DNA of 64,000 nt from a candidate division WOR-3 bacterium (lineage in GTDB: Bacteria; Hydrothermota; 32-111): NCBI GenBank assembly GCA_037481815.1, contig JBBFKX010000001.1:448001-512000 (forward strand), read 5' to 3'. How positions within the stretch are numbered: position 1 is the stretch's first letter; every line of letters starts with the position of its first letter. Positions 59,829 through 64,000 of the stretch are shown here, in pieces. The notes below the pieces were generated by a model. The model saw only the letters and a list, made by a program, of their open reading frames with translations, searched no databases and had not been told where the DNA came from. The position numbers and the translations under genes are program-made.

Positions 59829-61379
59829 TTATAAAGGTATGTTTCCATGTTTTCTTGGTGGATTTGTATCCATCTTATTTTTACAGAGTTCTAATGCTCT
59901 TATTATTCTGAACCTTGTTGTTTTTGGTTCTATTACATCTTCTATATAACCTCTAACGGCAGCCGAATAAGGGTTAGCGAATTTCTCCCTGTATTCAGCT
60001 TCAAATTTTTCCTCTGCTTCCTCTTTGTTTTCAGCTTTCATTATCTCTTTTGCAAAGATTATTTCAACAGCACCTTTAGGCCCCATCACAGCAATCTCAG
60101 CTGTTGGCCAGGCATAATTTATATCGCCTCTTATATGTTTTGAAGACATAACACAATACGCGCCACCATACGCTTTTCTTAAAATTATCGTGATCTTTGG
60201 AACCGTTGCCTCTGCAAAGGCATAAAGGAGTTTCGCTCCACTCTTTATTATTCCTCCATATTCCTGCTGGGTTCCAGGTAAAAATCCTGGGACATCTTCA
60301 AGGATAACAAGCGGGATGTTGAAAGCATCACAGAACCTGACAAATCTTGCTCCCTTTTCAGATGCGTTGATATCAAGAACTCCAGCAAGAGATTTCGGCT
60401 GGTTTGCAACTATTCCAACAGGTCTTCCGTTAAACCTTGCAAAACCTATAACAAGGTTAGTTGCAAAATATGGCTGGACCTCAAAGAAATCTCCATTATC
60501 AACTATGATGTTGATGATCTCTTTTATGTCGTAAGGTTTATTCGGATTGTCAGGAACAATCGTATTCAATCTTATATCCTCTCTGTTTATAGGGTCATCA
60601 TTTTTTATCACAGGTGGGTTTTCCTTGTTACTCAAAGGAAGGAAAGAGAAAAGTTTTCTTATATTTTTTAAAACCTCTTCATCAGTATCAAAAACAAAAT
60701 GTGCAACACCAGATTTTGTTGAATGTATTGAAGCACCTCCAAGCGATTCCTCATCAACGTCTTCGTTTGTTACAGTTTTTACAACCTTGGGACCGGTTAA
60801 AAACATGTAGGAAGTTTTTTTAACCATAAATATAAAATCCGTTATCGCCGGTGAATAAACTGCACCACCAGCACAGGGACCCATAATTGCTGATATCTGT
60901 GGGATCACTCCGGAATACATGACATTTCTTAAAAAAATTTCGGCATAACCGGCTAAAGATTCTATGCCTTCCTGGATCCTTGCACCACCTGAATCGTTGA
61001 GTCCAATAACCGGGACTCCATTTTTCGCAGCCATATCCATTATCTTACAGATCTTTTCAGCAAAAGTTTCAGATAATGAACCACCAAAAACCGTAAAATC
61101 CTGTGAGAAAACGAAAACAGGCCTTCCGTCAATAGTTCCATACCCTGTAACAACTCCATCCCCCGGGATTTTTGTTTTGTCTATTCCAAAATTTGTGCAT
61201 CTGTGCTCAACGAACATATCAAACTCTTCAAAAGATCCTTCATCGAGCAAAAGATTGATCCTTTCTCTTGCTGTGAGTTTTCCTTTCTCATGTTGTTTTT
61301 TTATTCTTTCCTCTCCACCACCAAGTAATGCTTTTTCTCTTCTATTTTTAAGATTTAACAATTTTTCTTCAAGAGTCAT
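59829..61379 (-). CDS. Acyl-CoA carboxyltransferase (methylmalonyl-CoA decarboxylase alpha-like)
   Basis: [56 protein letters not shown]. Confidence 0.93.
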   Translation of the reverse strand: MTLEEKLLNLKNRREKALLGGGEERIKKQHEKGKLTARERINLLLDEGSFEEFDMFVEHRCTNFGIDKTKIPGDGVVTGYGTIDGRPVFVFSQDFTVFGGSLSETFAEKICKIMDMAAKNGVPVIGLNDSGGARIQEGIESLAGYAEIFLRNVMYSGVIPQISAIMGPCAGGAVYSPAITDFIFMVKKTSYMFLTGPKVVKTVTNEDVDEESLGGASIHSTKSGVAHFVFDTDEEVLKNIRKLFSFLPLSNKENPPVIKNDDPINREDIRLNTIVPDNPNKPYDIKEIINIIVDNGDFFEVQPYFATNLVIGFARFNGRPVGIVANQPKSLAGVLDINASEKGARFVRFCDAFNIPLVILEDVPGFLPGTQQEYGGIIKSGAKLLYAFAEATVPKITIILRKAYGGAYCVMSSKHIRGDINYAWPTAEIAVMGPKGAVEIIFAKEIMKAENKEEAEEKFEAEYREKFANPYSAAVRGYIEDVIEPKTTRFRIIRALELCKNKMDTNPPRKHGNIPL

Positions 61380-61444
61380 TTTAACTCCTTTTTCAATTTA
61401 TAATAGATTTTAATATTATCAAAAAAAACAATTATGTCAATAAA

Positions 61445-62893
61445 TTAACCTTTTATCACACCAACAGGTAAAAGTTTTACCACAGGGATCGAGAGTCCCG
61501 CACCTTTTACAGTTTCTATTACATCGTCAACATTTTTATACGCCTGTGGGATCTCTTCCACAATCGTTCTGTTGCTCTGTGATAGAACAAGAACTCCACT
61601 ATCATTTATCTGTTTAAAAACATCCGTTTTTCTTGAGAACCTGATAGCCTGTTTTCTTGATAATGTTCTTCCAGCTCCATGACATGTTGAACAAAAACTT
61701 TCATAAACACTCTTCTCACCACCAACGAGTATATATCCTCCTGAAATCATATCTCCTGGTATTAAAACAGGTTGCCCCGTGTCTTTAAAAATGGATGGAA
61801 GTTCTCCATGCCCTTTTGGAAATGATCTTGTAGCACCCTTCCTGTGAACAACAAGTGTTTTCTTTTTACCATCTATCTCATAATCCTCGATTTTAGCAAT
61901 GTTATGAGCTACATCGTACAAAAGTTCCACCTTTAAATCTTTTTCTGAACTTTTAAAAAAGTTTAAAATCGTTTTCTTTATCAGATAGCCAATTATCTGC
62001 CTGTTACAAAAAGCATAATTCGCAGCACCAACCATCGCCTGATAATACATTCTACCAGAATTTGAACTGAAGGGTGCATAAACGAGTTGTTTATCAGGTA
62101 AAATTTTGTTCTCTTTTCTAAACTCTTTTGAAAAAGAAAGGACATAATCTGTGCATATCTGATGCCCAAAACCTCTTGATCCTGTATGTAACATTATAAC
62201 GATCTGGTTTTCAAAAAGTCCAAATTTTTCAGCAATATTTTGGTCAAAAATTTTAGAAATGTAATCTATTTCAAGAAAATGGTTTCCACTTCCTAAAGTC
62301 CCCTGTTGTGATATTCCTCTTTCAAAAGCTTCGTCACTTATACATTCATAATCTCCACCATCTATACATCCATAAGATTCTATCTTTTCGATTTCATCTT
62401 TATCTCCAAAACCATTTTCAATAGCCCATCTTGCACCCTTTAAAACTATTCTTTTGAGATCATTCTTGCTCAACTTAATATTACCATCACTCCCAACTCC
62501 TGAAGGGACTTCAAGAAAAATTTTTGTCAGAAGTTCTTTGATACAACCAATTATATCATCTTTTGTCAAACTCGTTTTGATACATCTGACACCACAATTT
62601 ATATCATATCCAACTCCACCAGGAGAAATGATGCCAGTTTTTACATCAAAGGCCGCTACTCCACCGATAGGAAAACCGTATCCTGAATGTATATCAGGCA
62701 TAGCAATACTATTCTTCACTATTCCTGGCAACTTTGAAACATTGACTATCTGTTTTATTGAGTCATCCTCTACGATCTTCTCAAGTTCTCTGTTAATAAA
62801 AATTACACAATCAACATTCATCCCATCAACAGAACCTTTGGGAATGATAACTTTGTTTTCATCAATCCTTTTAAAAAAATCTTTATAACTCAT
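61445..62893 (-). CDS. rtcB: RNA 3'-phosphate/5'-OH ligase RtcB
   Basis: MPDIHSGYGFPIGGV, GVGYDINCG, GTLGSGNHFLE, HTGSRG, HRKGATR, STCHGAGR. Confidence 0.97.
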   Translation of the reverse strand: MSYKDFFKRIDENKVIIPKGSVDGMNVDCVIFINRELEKIVEDDSIKQIVNVSKLPGIVKNSIAMPDIHSGYGFPIGGVAAFDVKTGIISPGGVGYDINCGVRCIKTSLTKDDIIGCIKELLTKIFLEVPSGVGSDGNIKLSKNDLKRIVLKGARWAIENGFGDKDEIEKIESYGCIDGGDYECISDEAFERGISQQGTLGSGNHFLEIDYISKIFDQNIAEKFGLFENQIVIMLHTGSRGFGHQICTDYVLSFSKEFRKENKILPDKQLVYAPFSSNSGRMYYQAMVGAANYAFCNRQIIGYLIKKTILNFFKSSEKDLKVELLYDVAHNIAKIEDYEIDGKKKTLVVHRKGATRSFPKGHGELPSIFKDTGQPVLIPGDMISGGYILVGGEKSVYESFCSTCHGAGRTLSRKQAIRFSRKTDVFKQINDSGVLVLSQSNRTIVEEIPQAYKNVDDVIETVKGAGLSIPVVKLLPVGVIKG

Positions 62894-63312
62894 AGGTCAA
62901 AATACAATCTTATTTTTTTATATTTTTTTTTATCTTTAAACTCAAGATTATGGTACGTGGCTGATTTTAAAACATTCCTTACCAAATGTTTTGATGGATC
63001 AAATTTTTCACCGAATATTTTATATTTTAATCTATACCTGTTATCTTTAATGCAAAAATCGACTTTCAAAATTTTCCCAACAATCTTTTTACATTCAAAA
63101 ATTAAAATTATCCTGTTCGAAAACTTTACAATCAGGTCTTCAATAGTATCCTCAACCAAAAAATTCCTTTCAACAAGCGAAATGTTTACATTTTTGTTTT
63201 CAACGATAAGATCAAAAATCGAGTTCCCAAGATTTTCAAAAAGATTTAAAAAATCGTATCCTTTTACTTCTATACCAAGATCACCTGTATCATCGAGTAA
63301 AATGTAGTCCAT
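62890..63312 (-). CDS. Archease (RtcB cofactor)
   Basis: DDTGDLGIEV...GEKFD...KSATYHNL...FDL; ATGA overlap with rtcB. Confidence 0.9.
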   Translation of the reverse strand: MDYILLDDTGDLGIEVKGYDFLNLFENLGNSIFDLIVENKNVNISLVERNFLVEDTIEDLIVKFSNRIILIFECKKIVGKILKVDFCIKDNRYRLKYKIFGEKFDPSKHLVRNVLKSATYHNLEFKDKKKYKKIRLYFDL

Positions 63313-63319
63313 ATTTTAT

Positions 63320-63381
63320 ATTTTAGATGGGTTTAAAAATTTTTCAATCTATTTGATTTTTTTGTAAAAAAATTGTATAAT
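63320..63381. promoter_or_regulatory. Back-to-back divergent sigma-70-type promoters
   Basis: Minus strand TTGAAA-N16-TAAAAT-7nt-ATG(63312); plus strand TTGATT-N17-TATAAT-7nt-ATG(63389). Confidence 0.6.
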
Positions 63382-63388
63382 CAAATCA

Positions 63389-64000
63389 ATGATACATATT
63401 GTAGAAATTATTGTATTGTGCTTTTTATCAATCTTTCCTTTTCTCTTTTTAAAATCAAAAAATAAAGGTTACAAATTCTCAACAGCAATTTTACTGATCA
63501 CACTTTTTTCCCTAAGATACATTTTAAATCCCTTTTTAAACGGAAGATTAAAAATACTTTTTTTGATCGTTGTAATCTTTTTTTCAATCTTTATTTTTAT
63601 ATCACAAAAAAAATTTTATAATATCTATTCAGTACTGTCAGAAAAGAATTATGTTATTCTAATCTTTCAGTTTATAACAACAATTACGATCTTTCTAGGA
63701 ATGTTAGAATTCACTTTTTACTGGTTAATTTATTTTAATAAAATTAAACTTTACTCTCCAATATACACTCTTAAAATTTCAGATAATATTGAAGATATCT
63801 CGGTTATAAATGAAAGGTTTAAAGATATAGATACAAAACTTTTAACAAATGATATAGACCTTCTGATCAAAATTACAGATAATTCCCATCTGATATTCAA
63901 TCCTATTTTCTTCTGGGAACCGATAAAGGGCGAATATCCTTATAACAGGTTTGGTTTTAAAGGTGATCTTCAGAATATAAAGAAAGTTAAAGATGAGGTT
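63389..64000 (+). CDS. Membrane protein, truncated by the window end (possibly SGNH/GDSL-type)
   Basis: Translated by hand, open from ATG 63389 to the end: MIHIVEIIVLCFLSIFPF..., about 4 hydrophobic segments, then NPIFFWEP...YNRFGFKG. The family guess is weak. Confidence 0.65.
   Translation, partial: MIHIVEIIVLCFLSIFPFLFLKSKNKGYKFSTAILLITLFSLRYILNPFLNGRLKILFLIVVIFFSIFIFISQKKFYNIYSVLSEKNYVILIFQFITTITIFLGMLEFTFYWLIYFNKIKLYSPIYTLKISDNIEDISVINERFKDIDTKLLTNDIDLLIKITDNSHLIFNPIFFWEPIKGEYPYNRFGFKGDLQNIKKVKDEV

Noticed and set aside
88..63307. Many short ORFs in the track antisense to or inside long genes (e.g. 850-1263, 9954-10337, 41385-41996, 57845-58456, 60964-61413)
   Set aside because: They are shadows of well-supported genes on the other strand or frame and carry no recognisable motifs.

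Overview
A 64-kb, very AT-rich, gene-dense chromosomal segment from a diderm bacterium that is probably anaerobic. T9SS-type sorting domains, BamA and a TonB receptor suggest an FCB-related lineage such as WOR-3/TA06; this is inference only. Most genes are on the minus strand. 1-19.4 kb is a housekeeping run (mutS, miaB, mtaB, rfbD, guaA, rpe, two PASTA-only proteins, rsmB, cysS, fabZ, Skp fusion, bamA, clpC). Next comes a TonB receptor/lipoprotein/transglutaminase operon. 25.1-32.5 kb is an island of three T9SS-cargo-like genes. Its first gene is frameshifted at a G8 tract inside the signal-peptide region (candidate phase variation), and its second gene has a Shine-Dalgarno separated from the ATG by a perfect 12-bp hairpin. 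After that come a sAC-like cyclase-STAND-TPR gene and an rnf operon with a minimal RnfB, extended by a flavin oxidoreductase, a pseudo-kinase and a patatin. A sigma-54-driven chaperone/usher-like (WxL/DUF916-like) fimbrial operon follows, with its activator, a pseudo-receiver and a possible orphan regulon member at 37.1 kb. The window ends with a two-component pair, a Na+-translocating decarboxylase operon and archease-rtcB. Several operon-leading genes look leaderless. I saw no rRNA, tRNA, CRISPR array or transposase. All calls come from reading motifs by eye; no database searches were run.
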